A stretch of 63,912 nucleotides of DNA, filler included, from Cercozoa sp. M6MM (lineage: Eukaryota; Protista; Endomyxa: Ascetosporea), in the NCBI GenBank assembly GCA_040357565.1. It is 14 parts of 14 records of this genome, joined end to end, with 100 filler letters (N's around TTAATTAATTAA, not from the genome) between each part and the next. Parts side by side here need not be neighbours in the genome. Positions count along the whole stretch, not along the records: positions 4,472 to 17,593 come from JBDODJ010000363.1; positions 17,694 to 25,919 come from JBDODJ010000555.1; 12 more parts are not named here. The stretch is one strand, 5' to 3'. Below are positions 13,000 through 26,019 of this stretch, piece after piece (position 1 is the first letter of the stretch; each line of letters starts with the position of its first letter). The notes below the pieces were generated by a model. It was not told where the DNA came from. It did not search any database and worked only from the letters and a program-made list of their open reading frames with translations. The position numbers and the translations under genes were made by a program.

Positions 13000-14129
13000 C
13001 TACTCGGGCCGCGGGCGTTTGTGAGCGCGGTTCGCTCGGCCTACGCACACGTCACACGACACAAATTGACCGTCGTTGTCAAGTTGTAAACGCCAACACA
13101 CCCAAGTGATAGAGAGAGACAGAACATAAACATAGGGCACCTGTAGGACAAAGGCCACGCCGACCAAGGAGACACTTGTTGCACTGCGGCTTGCGTGGCT
13201 TGCACACGGTCTGGCCCAAGCCAACCAGCAGAACTGACACGAAGCAAGGCACGCACACGGTACAGCACAGTGTTGCAATACAGAGTAACAGCCAGCGAGT
13301 AAAGGTACGGTTGACATGAGGCCACAGACGACGAGGAAGCCAGCTTTCCAGAACACGCCGCGTGTCCTCTGGATTCTGCGCATCGCATTGTGATACTGGC
13401 CGTATACACAAAAGCAGGCACAAGCACACGCTCACAAAGAGGAACAACCTTAGTGCCACTTCGTTTCTCGGTCGTCTTTGTGGCTGCACAGCGAGACGGC
13501 AAGCAAAATGACACAACAACCGAGAGAGACCGAGAGAGATACAGAGAGGCAGAGTGACCAGGTCCGTGCCGAGTCCAGTGCAGTCGGTTGGCGATACGGT
13601 GCACATGCACATCTGCGAGAAGTACCAAGTACCTGCACTCCCCGCGTACAACAGAGGGCAAGAAGCACCAACGCCGATGCCAACGTTGCGTTTCCAAGCC
13701 GATTTCATTGCCAAGAAAGCCATTTTCGGGCCTGATACGAATAATACTCCCAGACAGTGAGAGTGTCCTGGACAAATAATGAAACAAAAAAGAGCTACCG
13801 ACACCAGGAAGCGAGCATAGGTCCTTCACGTTATCGGGAATGTCGCCTGTTCCTCGCATATACTTTGAGTTTTCCAGGCAGTGGGAAAAACAATGCACCA
13901 TGAAATTCGTCGCGCAGCTTACGTGCCGTTCGCAGCAGATAGTTCGCCTTGCGCTGGTGGAAACCAACCTTGCAGATCTGCAGTCAAAACTTTTCCCAGT
14001 CTCTCTCAACTTACAAGCATAGCACACTGCTAGTACACTGTACACAGGCATCGATCTCGCTCTCGGTCATTTGCAGCACAGCGTCGACACTGAGGGAACC
14101 GAGTCCTCCTGTCAACAATAACAAAAGTA

Positions 14130-14161
<32 letters not shown>

Positions 14162-14894
14162 CGAGTGGAGGAGAGTAAAGCCAAGCAACGTCGGTGACAC
14201 TCGGTCTTGAGACTGGCGACTGCGGCGGCCGTGGTGGCGTCCTTAGTCTGACTGCTGAGCAAGAGGCCCACCAGCACGTGGAAGCGCCGGATCTTGGGAT
14301 CGCTGCCGCTGGCCTGTTTCGAACTGAATCAAGAGTAAACATGCACAGCACATGGACATCAGCATGCTAGAAGGAGAGACATATGAGGTACCACCCGAGT
14401 GTGTCCACAGGGGCCGGATAGGCACACGAGGCGAGTTCCTCAATGTCACCGATCTCCTCGTCATTCTCGACGTCTCTTTCTTCGTCACAGTCGTCGTTTT
14501 CGTCAGTCTTTTTCGGCACTCGCATGAGCGACAGAAACTTCCACTGTTGGTCGAACTTGTCGGGACACTCTGTACACAGACCCCATACAACTATACCCTA
14601 GACCCCCACCCCCGATACCCCCGATACTGGGCTGACATACCCCACCGTCCAGGGAGGTACATACAGACGCGGAATTGTACCACTCGTGTTCAAAGAGACG
14701 TCAACCGGCCAGCCATACCGAGTGGTCAGCGAGTCCATCCGCGCGTACTGGTCAAAGTCCTCCTCGGTCCCTGTGGTTCGGCTGACTGCTGTCGCACCGG
14801 TCGCTGTCACCGCATGCTCCTCTGACTCTGACGCGGCAGCTTTCTGTTCGCTCAACTTGCGCAACGACGCGCGAGTCACTCGTCGGGTTTGCAT
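13000..14894 (-). CDS. NTH1: Endonuclease III homologue (HhH-GPD glycosylase with 4Fe-4S motif)
   Basis: Motifs LLSSQTKD, KVGFHQRKA, GDIP...LPGVGPKMA, DVHVHRIANRL, LVGLGQTVCKPRKPQCNKCL...LCP. Confidence 0.95.
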
Positions 14895-15186
14895 GGCCCG
14901 ACTAAGTGAGGGAAGGGAAGGGAAGGGAAGGGATGACAAGGATACCCTGAATGAGAACAACCACACTACCCCACTCTGAGACCGACTCGAAACAGCGTTC
15001 TCTCGCTCTTTAAAAGCACAATAAACCTAAATATGCTATGTGCACACGCGCTCACCTACGACACGCTCTATCAGCCTGCGATCTTTCGTGTGATTGAAAA
15101 ATAAAAATGACAAACAGCGCTCCTTAACCACAACGGTGGCTTGCGCAGCGCTACCAACGTACTGGCCGCTGGTTAGAGTTAAAATT

Positions 15187-15593
15187 ATGGTGGAAGACGC
15201 ATACGAACGCGTGCGGTGCCGCACTACGATTTTTATCCACCCGAGTTTTCTGCCACACAGGGTGCGCGATGGCCTTGAAAGCGATCTCAACTCGAGAGTC
15301 CTGAAGTAAGCTTTAAAACTTATGATTTATTTTCTGGGATGATTGCATGACCACCCAGTGTTAAGAATTTAATCCAATCTTACGTATGGTGTCGATGTTG
15401 TACTTTCTCGGCAGGTACGACGAGTCGCTTGGCGGTATCATGTTGGCGTACAAGAACCTCAAGCTCGTGTCCGAGGTAGGTGCAGCCTGTGTGTGGGTGT
15501 TGTTGCACCAATGGATGTCCGTGTCTACCAACACAGGAAGGTCGAATTTTCAGTGAAAGGCCACACGTGGCAGTGCCCGTTCAGGTGACTGAA

Positions 15594-15650
<57 letters not shown>

Positions 15651-16313
15651 GTGTTCTGACTGGACACATGCGTTGGTGCAGATGGATGCCTTGGTGAAGC
15701 CGCTAAAGGCAGGCGAGTATGTCGAAGGTGTCGTCACACATCTCGGTATGCCTGTATCGTCTTTGCTTGTTTGTGGTGGACTCCACACTGTCTGTGCCTG
15801 TGTGTGCAGGCAAAGATCACGTCGGTGTGCTGCTGCTCGGTGCACTGCACGTTGCGATCGTTCGACACAATATTGACAGTGAGAGGTGCTGCCTCATGCC
15901 CGTGTCTTCTTTGATTATCTATGTGTCAGTGTGCTCAGATGGCAGTTCCACGCCGACACTAACTCGTTCGTGGACTCGCATGCCACCTCTCTGGAGGAGG
16001 ACGACCCACACAAGTGCCTGCAGGAAGGCTCGACACTGCGATTCAAGTAGCCTTTCCATATTTATTGTGTTTCTGATCCCTGTCTCTGTGCCTGTCTCTG
16101 TGTCTGTCCGATCATGCCCTGTCCTGTGTGCAGACTGGTGTCGCTGCAGGTGCGCGGCGACTCGCTCGAACTCGTCGGCGCTCTCGACACGGACGAAAGG
16201 TAGACTTCAGCCCAGTCCAACCTGTTTTCTGACAAAAAATCCTACAAATGCTCATCAGATGCCAAGTGCTCGCTGCTGGCAGTCTGGAAGACTTCACGTC
16301 CGAGGAGTTCTAG
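15187..16313 (+). CDS. RPA43: RNA polymerase I subunit A43
   Basis: Spliced LNSRVLKYDESLGGIMLAYKNLKL...GEYVEGVVTHLGKDHVGVLLLG matches the RPA43 SHS2/OB pattern. Confidence 0.82.
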
Positions 16314-16438
16314 CATTTGACGTGCACGGGACCAGACGCAAATTAACACTGATCGAAAGTGACCGATCCGTTTTAAACTGGGAAACTAAACTATACTACG
16401 CTACAGTCGGTATAAATATGTCTACGCATCAGATTAGA

Positions 16439-16803
16439 TCAGAGCAGACCCTGCGCGCGCAGTCGCTGCACGAGACGGCGCTGTCTTGCCGCATGCAGCA
16501 GCAGTCTCTACAGGGGTATGAGGTAGGAGGGGGGTATACAGGTCACCCTCATGGGGCAGTACGCAGTACCTTGCAATCGTCACTGCGCAGGAAGGGCGGC
16601 AGCTGGGTCAGTCGCAAGAAGTCCAGCACGTCGCGCTGCGAGCCGGCAAAGGCACGTGACGACACTGCCGCCGCGCCGTCGCTGTCACACACGCGCGTAG
16701 TTTTACCCCCTCCCTTTTTACCCCCTCCCGAAACCCAGGTACCGCAGCTCCTGCAGGTAACTCCGCAGTGCGTCAGCGTGCTGCTTGGTGACTACACATA
16801 TAT

Positions 16804-16840
<37 letters not shown>

Positions 16841-17576
16841 TAGACAGATAAAGAAAATACATACATACATACATACATACATACATACACATACATACAA
16901 GAGAGGAGGTATACCAACACGTGCAACCGGTGATTCGCCTGTCTCTTTTTCTCTGTCAAGGGGTAAGGGGTAAAGGGGTGTGGGGGGGGGGGTAAACACG
17001 TGTCACATGTCAAAGAGCGGCACGCCGGCGTCGGCCAGAAGCGGCACTCGCGGCGACGCTGGCGAGCCCGGCTGCAGTGCGAACTCGTCCTATGGGGAGG
17101 GGGGTAAATAAGGGGGTAAACGGGGGAGGGGTAAACAGACCTGGAATGAGAATGAAACATTGGAGGCTTTGCGCGTGCTCGACGTCGCTATCGGCAGTGC
17201 TGATGGTGCTGCGGGAGGGAAGGAGGGGGTAAGGGGGTAAGGGGGTAAGGGAGGAGGAGGTAGGGGGTAAAGCGGGCGGGGGGTAAGGGGGTAAAAGACG
17301 CACCGGCCGCCCGGTGCCGCAGCTCGGGCCGCAGCGCGCCGAGGTGCCGCTCGAAGATGCCTTCCGCGTGCACGAGAAGTGATCGCTGCCATTCGGACCG
17401 TCGCCGTCGGTGTGATCGAGATGATCTCCGACGGTATGATCGCACGTGCGATGATCTCTGACGGTGACCCTGTCGGTTACGCTGTCGGTGACCCTGTCGG
17501 TGACAGTGATACAGCGTGTCGACACCGTCGCCGTCGAAGTGCTGCACGTCGCGCCGCCAGCTCTCCGCCTCGATCC
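16439..17576 (-). CDS. RGS-domain protein, C-terminal part (5' partial)
   Basis: Spliced WIEAESWRR...HAEGIFERHL...AFAGSQRDVLDFLRLTQLPPFLRSDDCK parallels the RGS motifs FW.E.E.YR / A..IY..YL / F..AQ..V...M......FL.S. Confidence 0.7.
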
Positions 17577-17693
17577 CTGCCGGGGGGGGGGGGNNNNNNN
17601 NNNNNNNNNNNNNNNNNNNNNNNNNNNNNNNNNNNNNTTAATTAATTAANNNNNNNNNNNNNNNNNNNNNNNNNNNNNNNNNNNNNNNNNNNN

Positions 17694-17737
<44 letters not shown>

Positions 17738-17754
17738 GGTACATGCACGTGCAG

Positions 17755-18716
17755 ATGCCGCAAGAAGGAACACAGTCAGTGGGACACACGCATTGTCTCG
17801 GAGATCAACGGGCTGCCTCGGGACAAGTACCCTGAGATGTACGAACACCTGGCCACTGTCTTCTCGGGTACCGCTGCACTTTCTAAAGTCTCTCTGTCTC
17901 CATGTGCCTGTGTGTCTGTGCCTGTGGGTGTGTTGATGTGTGCGTACTCAGAGTTGTTGCCGTCTATGCTGCCGCTCATGTGCGGCGAGATCGACGCCAT
18001 GCGCTTTGCGCTGCTGCACAAGAGTCTGCCGACGCACTTTGAGTGCGAGGTGCCTCCTTTTTGTTGCACTGTGTACTCGGGTGTATTTTGCGAGGCTGCG
18101 TGTTGCAGGTCGTGGTGAAGGTGCGACGCATGGTGTTCTACGGACGCGAGGAGCGATACTCATCAACGATGCACGTCGAGGGCACACCTGACGAAACAGT
18201 ATACCTGCTTACATAACATATTCGTCTCAACAACAACAACAACGTAACTGCGCACAGATATCGGCTGTTGGACTGTACTTCCCGCGCATTGATGAGCGCC
18301 TGTAAGAGAGGCTTTGTTCCCCAAACTTTGTAAACTCCTGAAGACTGACTGACTCACTGTGGGACAGGCTAGGTGGCATCTTGGACTTGGAGAAACGGCG
18401 AGGTGTGCACTACTTGGTGCAAGGTGGCGACGCACGGATCGAAACAGACATGGGCGTTGCCTTTGCCAATTGGGCTGGTAAAATGTCATCGTACTTTCGA
18501 TAGGTGTGCACTGTGTATGTTGTACGATGACCTTTCACAGGACCGCACAGACTTTCGGGAGTCCGACCTGTGGCCAACTTCAGCGACCGTACACGCAGCC
18601 ATAGATGCACCTTGCGCGGCACAGGTTTATGCTTCCAGGGTGTACGCGAGATGTGGTTGCCTTCTTTGTGCGACGAGTCTTCCTCGGTAGGAATCCGCTT
18701 TGTAGGCTCAAGCTCT

Positions 18717-18770
<54 letters not shown>

Positions 18771-19480
18771 TGTGTGTGTGTGTATTCTGTTTTTGACTTT
18801 GTACGACAGGCGACGCGGTGCCGCTGCTGTCTGAGGTATCGCACCTTCCAGTGAACGAGCGGCATCACGCGCTGCGTGAACTGGACAGCTACCTCGTTCC
18901 CGGACTGCCTGGTCAGTCGTTTGTCTGTCTCATCTTTGTCGCCCGAAAATCAATGGATGTGGTATAGAACTCGTGTGCGAGTTTCTGGTGGGTACGCGAC
19001 AGTTCCGATGCGCCGAAATGGCGGCATTGCGCAATGGTAGACACGTTGTGGACCCGGGTATGCCTCCAACTCTCTCATCTTCACATATATACGCGTACGA
19101 CTGAATTGCTCTCCCGATGTTAACACAGATGACAGGGATCGATTCGATTACTCAATGTGCGAAGGTTGGATGGCCTTTTTGTTGCCTACAAGTTATGGAA
19201 GGTTTGATTCGGCGCAGGGTCGAGTGACGGCACGTACCACACCAACGAGTTCGACTGCGTCACTGTTCCTGATGCCAGGCGTGGATGTGCGTCATGTGTT
19301 ACACTTTGCATTGTCCTGTGTGTATTGACCATTCTTACGATACGTTCACTTGACAGATGACCTCTACAACAGCGACCTAGGCTCCGTGCTGTCGGATGGA
19401 GTGCTGTCTGACGGAAATGACTTCCCATTGGATCCGGATTTCGCAGGTCATGTCCCGCTGGCGTGGGCTACCTCAACTAA
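17755..19480 (+). CDS. DUF4246-family putative 2OG-Fe(II) oxygenase (5' partial)
   Basis: Motifs IVSEINGL..YPEMYEHLATVF, VVVKV, MHVEGTPDETISAVGLY, VAFAN..PHRL, RDVVAFFV. The 3' end is approximate. Confidence 0.72.
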
Positions 19481-19831
19481 TGAATCGGCTGTCGGGTAAT
19501 GTACGATATATGGAAGTAAACCAACGAACGGAACTGCCCACGTAGCGTAGTTAGTTTTTGACCGACTGATGACATACAATACGGCTGCAGTATGTTTGCG
19601 TTGTTGCCCATCCCAGGACTAGACGAAACGAAACCAACGGACCGGCGGACTGACTGCCTGTTGCCTAAATATATCCTGTAGTGCTAATCTGACGTGTAGA
19701 AAATGCAATACCAGATACACGGAGTGTCTGAAGGCTGTGCTGCACTGACTGAATGTATTTAAGTTGGGCTCCGTCTCCATACAACCCCAGGCCGTGATTG
19801 TACAAGGCAGGTTGGCTAAGTATACGCTTAT

Positions 19832-22697
19832 TTATATTGTTGAGTGCGCAGTTTCCAACTGGCAACGACGGTTTCCAATCGAGCGCACCCCGGCGCGAGA
19901 GTTTTGTTTTGTTGTTGCAATTGTCTTCTTTCTGGCACTTCGTTTCCTACGTCGTCGTCCGGTCGAAAGCGCCAGCGATGCGCCTTGTCGGTTAGGCTGT
20001 GAGCCACTGTACGTGACGTTGAAAGAACGCTTGACTAACGGGTACGCCGCATCAACGTCGTAGCTTCCGACAGGCGGCCCGGCATCGTGAGGCACAGGAG
20101 GTTCAAACCGCTCACCTTTCGATCGCAGACCCACTGCCGAGTTCGATCGAAGGCTCTCGAAAGCAGGGCTTGTGTCATATTGCCCGGGGCCAGGCTCATC
20201 GACAGAGGAGCGCGAAGTCTGCTTGACCTGCTGGGCAAAGTCGAGTTCACCAATTTGGTCGCGTGTGAGAGAAACCAACTGCCGTTGCGGAGTGTGCGTG
20301 TGCCCTGCACTACGCTTGTTGTCACTGGTAACTTTACTGGGTAGCTCTTTGTGGTGCAACTGCCTCCAGCTTGGGGCTTCGACTGGATTCGTTGTTCTGG
20401 TACCGTGCCGTTGGATCTGGGATACAACATTTCCTTCGGATGTAAATTAAATACACCTGTACGAAAATTAGTGAGAAAAATCAGACTACCGCATCGATTG
20501 CTTCGCTGACGTTGTAAGCCCCGACGGGCGGAACATCGGTGTCAAGAGGTTCAAACCGCGTTGTAGTAGACAGGAAGGTAGCAGATGGTTTGTTTTTGCG
20601 AGCCTCCGGCCCCTGCCTTCGCTGACGTACTCTTACCATGCCGTCGTCGTGCTCTCCCACTCGACGGGACTGTTTGACATGACCAGAGGGCGAATCCACG
20701 AATACTGACTCCACCATGTCATCGGAGTGAGGTCTCACAATGTAGACTGCGTCTTCTTTTTCGGCTGCTGACAGTTTCGGTATCTTGCCTTGAGGTTCAA
20801 ACATCGACCAAGTAGGAACCGACTCTTTGGCTCGTTCTGCGCGCAGGTGACTTCTATCGACAGGTAAATGAGGTGGCTTTTGTCTTTGTTGTCGCTCAAG
20901 GCTACGACGCAGCCTCAGTTGGTTCGCAGCAGCAGGGCTTTTTACTGCCCGAGCACGAAGCAAAGCGCCATTGGCGAGGAAGTTCTTTTTCCAGTGCGCG
21001 AATCGCGGAGCACTGGAGCCAAAGTGAGCCGCCTCAACCACGCCTTGCTTTCTCAGCGCTGCTTCTGCCGTCATCACATCTGCGAAACCTCAAGTACTGT
21101 GTCCGTCGACATTTAGACGGGAAAGTACTTTGGTACCGTAGCTGGTGGAAGTGGGTGCGGTCAGAAGCTCTTCACTCATGGGAGGAAAACGTGGCTGGGT
21201 CGATTGAAACGGCGCCTTGCTCTTTCTTTCCTTTTCAACGCCGGTGGGGCAGGTGTACTGTATCTTTAGTGGTGGCGCTTCATCTGTTGATTCGATCATG
21301 TCGAATTCGATCTGTACTTCTTCCGCTGTTCTCTTCTCGCTGTCTTCCACAGTACGGCCAAAGGCAACTCGCGACCGAGCGGCTTTTAGAAACTCGTCCT
21401 GGTGTACCCATGTGTCAGGGAGAGTGTAGTGCCCTGGGCCAACACCGCTCTGTTTCAACTGTGCACGTATCCTCTGCAGGCGCCTCTTTTGTTTTCTCTT
21501 GGCTGCCAGCAGAATGGGATTACTTGAGATGACTGGAGCTCGAGAAGCAAGTGGCCTTAGCTTTCGTGGGCTGTTCTTTCGCTTTACCAGAGCGGCGCTG
21601 TCAGTTGGGCATTACCAGAAAGATAGAAGGTTTATGCGATACAAATCAACGGACTCGTTAGAAAAGAAAGATCGTACAGTCCAGTGCATTCATCGACGTT
21701 GTAAGCTCCAGGAGGAGGCGAGCGAACATCGTTTCGTGACTGTTCTGCTTCGAGGGCGGAAATATCGGTATCAACACCTCGCTTCGCTCTCTGGTTTGAC
21801 CTTCTTGGCTTTTCGTCAACAAACCTTGGTTCCTTTGAACGCGCCCAGGCAGAGGCAGCGGGTGCTTGTCGCTCTCGTTCCAAAGTGTACACAGAGACCT
21901 CTCGGATTATTCGCGACGTGTCGGGCCTCCGTCTCCTTAACCGCCCACTTGCTGTGTCTTCGTACCCCAGTGCTTGCTTTGTGGTAGGAATGGAAGGCGC
22001 GGTCAACTGTCTGATCTGAGATATCCTCTCAGCAGTTGCATGGAGATCTCGTGGTTTCCCTTTAGAATCGAGGCCGCGCAGGCCAGAAGCAAGCACTGTG
22101 TCAGACAGTGGCGAAGTGCTTGTCTCGTGCTTTCGAACCCACGCGTCGTGTTTAACGTAGAAGTCTTGAGCACACGCACTCTTTTTCATCGCATCTTTAA
22201 AACGATCGCCAGACCACCGAAAGGCAGCCTCGGCTGCGGCCGACGTTGTCGGACGCATGGGTTCAGGAGCACCGTACTGCCCTGGTGCAGGCAAAGCACT
22301 TTGTTTCCAAGTGAGAAGACCACGGTCCTCGGAAGACAAGAAAGACGCCGATGACGGTTTGCCACGCGAGCGAGCACCACCCCGTCGAGCTCCCATCGTG
22401 CGCAGCAAAGTCTCCGGTTGCTTTTGCAAAAGTAGCCTCACATCAGGGTGCTCTGCGACAACGGCGCCAACAGCTCGAAGCACCACAATCGGCGACTCTG
22501 CAGTCGCCAGCGGCGGTGCATAACTAGCCGGCTTCACACGCTTTTTCGCATCTACGTCGATATCGTAAGCACCTGGTCCGATGCTTCCTGTTGCCCAAAA
22601 CATCGGCTCCCAAAATCATCGTATACAAGTTCAATGTACCTGTGCCAGATGCTATCCGAAACTCGATCTCTCGTGCAGCACGACTTGTAATGGCCAT
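19832..22697 (-). CDS. Sperm-tail PG-rich repeat (SHIPPO repeat) protein, STPG2-like
   Basis: Repeated IGPGAY, PAPGQY, PPPGAY, VGPGHY, PPVGAY, PGPGQY, PPVGSY motifs, F.S...RF motifs and a KRSFNVT motif near the end; long exons. Confidence 0.85.
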
Positions 22698-23198
22698 TAA
22701 TGCTGCCAGGACTCGGTCTCACGGCGCAAAGTCCCGACTGAAATCTGGCAGGTGCGAGCAAAGGGCTTGACCCACACCAACTTCGGATTTTAAAGTGAAA
22801 CACAAGAAACGCTGCTTGGGGTTGTTGTCAACGTGTAGTGCGCGCAAGGTGAATGAGGTGGACCGATGTAGCGCACGTGCCCACAATTGTAAATGCGTGA
22901 AACTCGGTGTGCTCGTGGGTGACACCGGCACTGGATGAGCACGTGAGTGGTTGACTGGTACCTTTTGTGTGCATTGGGGTTTCAGTCATCAATCATACTG
23001 GAGTTGTTTGATCGCTTAAATATCATCCATTTATCCAGGTTCAGCGCCACTGCCGTGCTGTGCTGTGCCATTGACTTCTCTTAGACGGTACGTGTGCAGC
23101 CTGCAGCGTCTATAGGAGCGCTCTGTCCAGGGCAGTTTTTTCTTGGTGCCAGCAATCGGGGGAGGAGGAAGGCAGCATCAAACAGTCATTTTATTGCC

Positions 23199-24897
23199 AT
23201 GCTGCGCTGGCTTCTGCCGCTCGCAGCGGCGCTGTCGCACGCTGAAGAGCTCACACGCCTGGACTCAGTGGTACCACTTTCCTTGCGAATCGTCGACAGT
23301 TTCCTTGCGATTTGTCGACCAGGTGGCATCGCACACGTCACTCCTCGAAGTCGGCGTCCTCAGTGATGTCGCCGAGCAGAGCTCCAACATGGCCGCCACG
23401 GTTGCACAGTTGCACGAGGGCAAGCACTTTCCGCGTCACCTCGAGGTTACTTCCTCTTGAGCTTCGAAGCCACAACCACTTCATACCGGTACTGCACAGG
23501 TTTCGTTCCGTGCACTGGACCGCGAGTTTAAGCTGAGCATGCGACGAAATGACGAGTTGTTAGGGCCGAACTTTCGAGCAGAGGTACAAGGGAGTACTCT
23601 CTTCCAGTGTGCCCGTGTTTCAGAAATGTATGTGGTGTGTGTGCGTGGTACAGGTTCTGCACCAAGGTGGCTCGCGCAAGCTAGATCAGGCACACACACA
23701 AGCGGCCTGTGACTACGTTGGCACAGTGCGTACGGGCGATGACGAGGGTCACGTTCGCGCTTCGCTTTGCCAAGGCATGCATGCGACAATGTACGTGCTG
23801 GGTGACACGTTCCAAGTAACACCAGCCGCCTCACACAAGCGTCTGGACGGTACCACTGCCCGCGTGTCTATGTGCACGTATCTTTGTGTGTCTGTAGGCG
23901 AGTACCGCGTGTGGCAAGACGATGGCGCGCAGTACCAGGACGCCACATGCGGCGTGACACACGGCAGCAACGTCATGGACATGCGGCACCCGATTCCGCT
24001 CAATCAAGGTGCACACCAGCAGCCCGGCGTGCTCATATCTTCCAACGGTGAAATCGTCCAAGTGGAGGAGGGCGTGCATCTTCTGCAAAGTTCGACTTCA
24101 ATTCACTACGTTGAGTTTTGGCTGTGGATCGACTACTGGTACTGGCAGTACGCTGGCGGGTAATCCTTGCTTCTCTCCTCTCCCTTTATCTCCCCTGTGT
24201 GTGCTGATTGATGGAAATGCTACACCGCAGAAGCGGCTCTGATGCCGAAAAGCAAGCGAATGCAGTGACTCGCGCCAAACGTATTGTGAACGAACTAGCC
24301 GGCATATACAGGTAACACCACCTTGCACAGTTCCAAGAGAGCTTACCTTGGTCCGTAGTGCCGAGCAGTGGTCGCAGTCGGGCATTACGCGACGCATCAA
24401 CATTGTGCTGGCTGGTATTTCGGTGCTGCCGACACCCGAGGCCACCGATAACTTGTTCGGCTGCACGAACGTTGCAGTCGATCCGTCGGAGTGCAACTTG
24501 GACGACTCGCGCAAGCCCTCCGAGGTAGACTCGTACTTTGGTTCCGCGTGGCGCGTGTTGTCACCTGTTGAATTCCTTTGTTTTCGCTCTGTCCAGGCGG
24601 ATGTGGACAAGCTGCTCCCTAACTTCCACGAACTGCGACAGAAAGAAGGGCGTCCACATGACAACGGACACCTTCTCAGCGGACAAGAGTTCTCCGGTAC
24701 TTCGCGCTCCCTTCGGTCGACTGTGTTACTCGTCTCATCTGGTGACAGGGTCCACCGTCGGCTACGCCAACGTCGGCACAATGTGCAGCACAACGTACTC
24801 GGGCGGCATCACTCAGGGCACCTTCGACAACGACGTCTACGTACTACCTACTATTTTCCTCTCAGTCTGACTCTTCGTCTTATTGTCAGAGTGTACA

Positions 24898-24941
<44 letters not shown>

Positions 24942-25828
24942 NNNNNNNNNNNNNNNNNNNNNNNNNNNNNNNNNNNNNNNNNNNNNNNNNNNNNNNNNNN
25001 NNNNNNNNNNNNNNNNNNNNNNNNNNNNNNNNNNNNNNNNNTGTGTGTGTGTGTGTGTGTATGTGTGTGTGTGTGTGTGTGTGTGTTGCGTCTGTGTCTG
25101 TGTCTGTGTCTGTGTATGTGTCTGTGTCTGTGTCTGTGACTGTGTCTGTGTCCAGGTGGCCTCGGTGATGGCACATGAGATAGGTCACAACTTTGGCATG
25201 TACCACGACAGCAAGGACACTGGGTGCAACGCAAATGACTACCGGTGCAACGACTGTCCGAAAGAGGGTTACGTTATGGCTGCTGGTACACCTCGTTTCT
25301 TGTCCTTTGTGACAGCTCAGTTCTGTATCAAAGCATTCTGACATAAATACTGACATAAATGCACGCAGTGGGATGCTCGTCGTGCGGTGCCATCACGGAC
25401 TTCTCGACGTGCTCGCGCGACTACCTGTTCCAAGCTTGGTTCCCTGATTTTGCAAACACCCCCCGCGAACACAGAAGACATGCGCTTGTATGTACAGGTC
25501 GCAAAGCGGTTTCCAGTGCCTCGACAACGAGCCGGCCGTTTCCATCGGCAATGCTGGTGCGCCAATCCTTGTCTGTCTACTATCTCGATCTCAGTATGCT
25601 GCTGCCTGTCTGACCAACAATAGTCTGCGGCAACGGCATTTTGGAAGATGGCGAACAGTGCGACTGTGGTTTCGATGACTGCACGGTGCTCTGTCTCCTC
25701 TCTCTCTCTCCCCCATTTATCTTTGACCCTGAACACAGGGCATTGATGAATGTTGCGAAGGTCGCACGTGCCTGCTGAAGCCCGAGGCAGAGTGTCCGTC
25801 TTCAGCACCGTGCTGCAATCCCAACACG
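23199..25828 (+). CDS. ADAM-type metalloprotease/disintegrin (3' partial)
   Basis: Signal peptide MLRWLLPLAAALSHA, prodomain, cysteine switch TCGV, HEIGHNFGMYHD zinc motif, YVM Met-turn, FSTCS, CLDNEP, CGNGILEDGEQCDCG. Confidence 0.92.
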
Positions 25829-25843
25829 GTACACGATGCTACC

Positions 25844-25919
<76 letters not shown>

Positions 25920-26019
25920 NNNNNNNNNNNNNNNNNNNNNNNNNNNNNNNNNNNNNNNNNNNNTTAATTAATTAANNNNNNNNNNNNNNNNNNNNNNNNN
26001 NNNNNNNNNNNNNNNNNNN

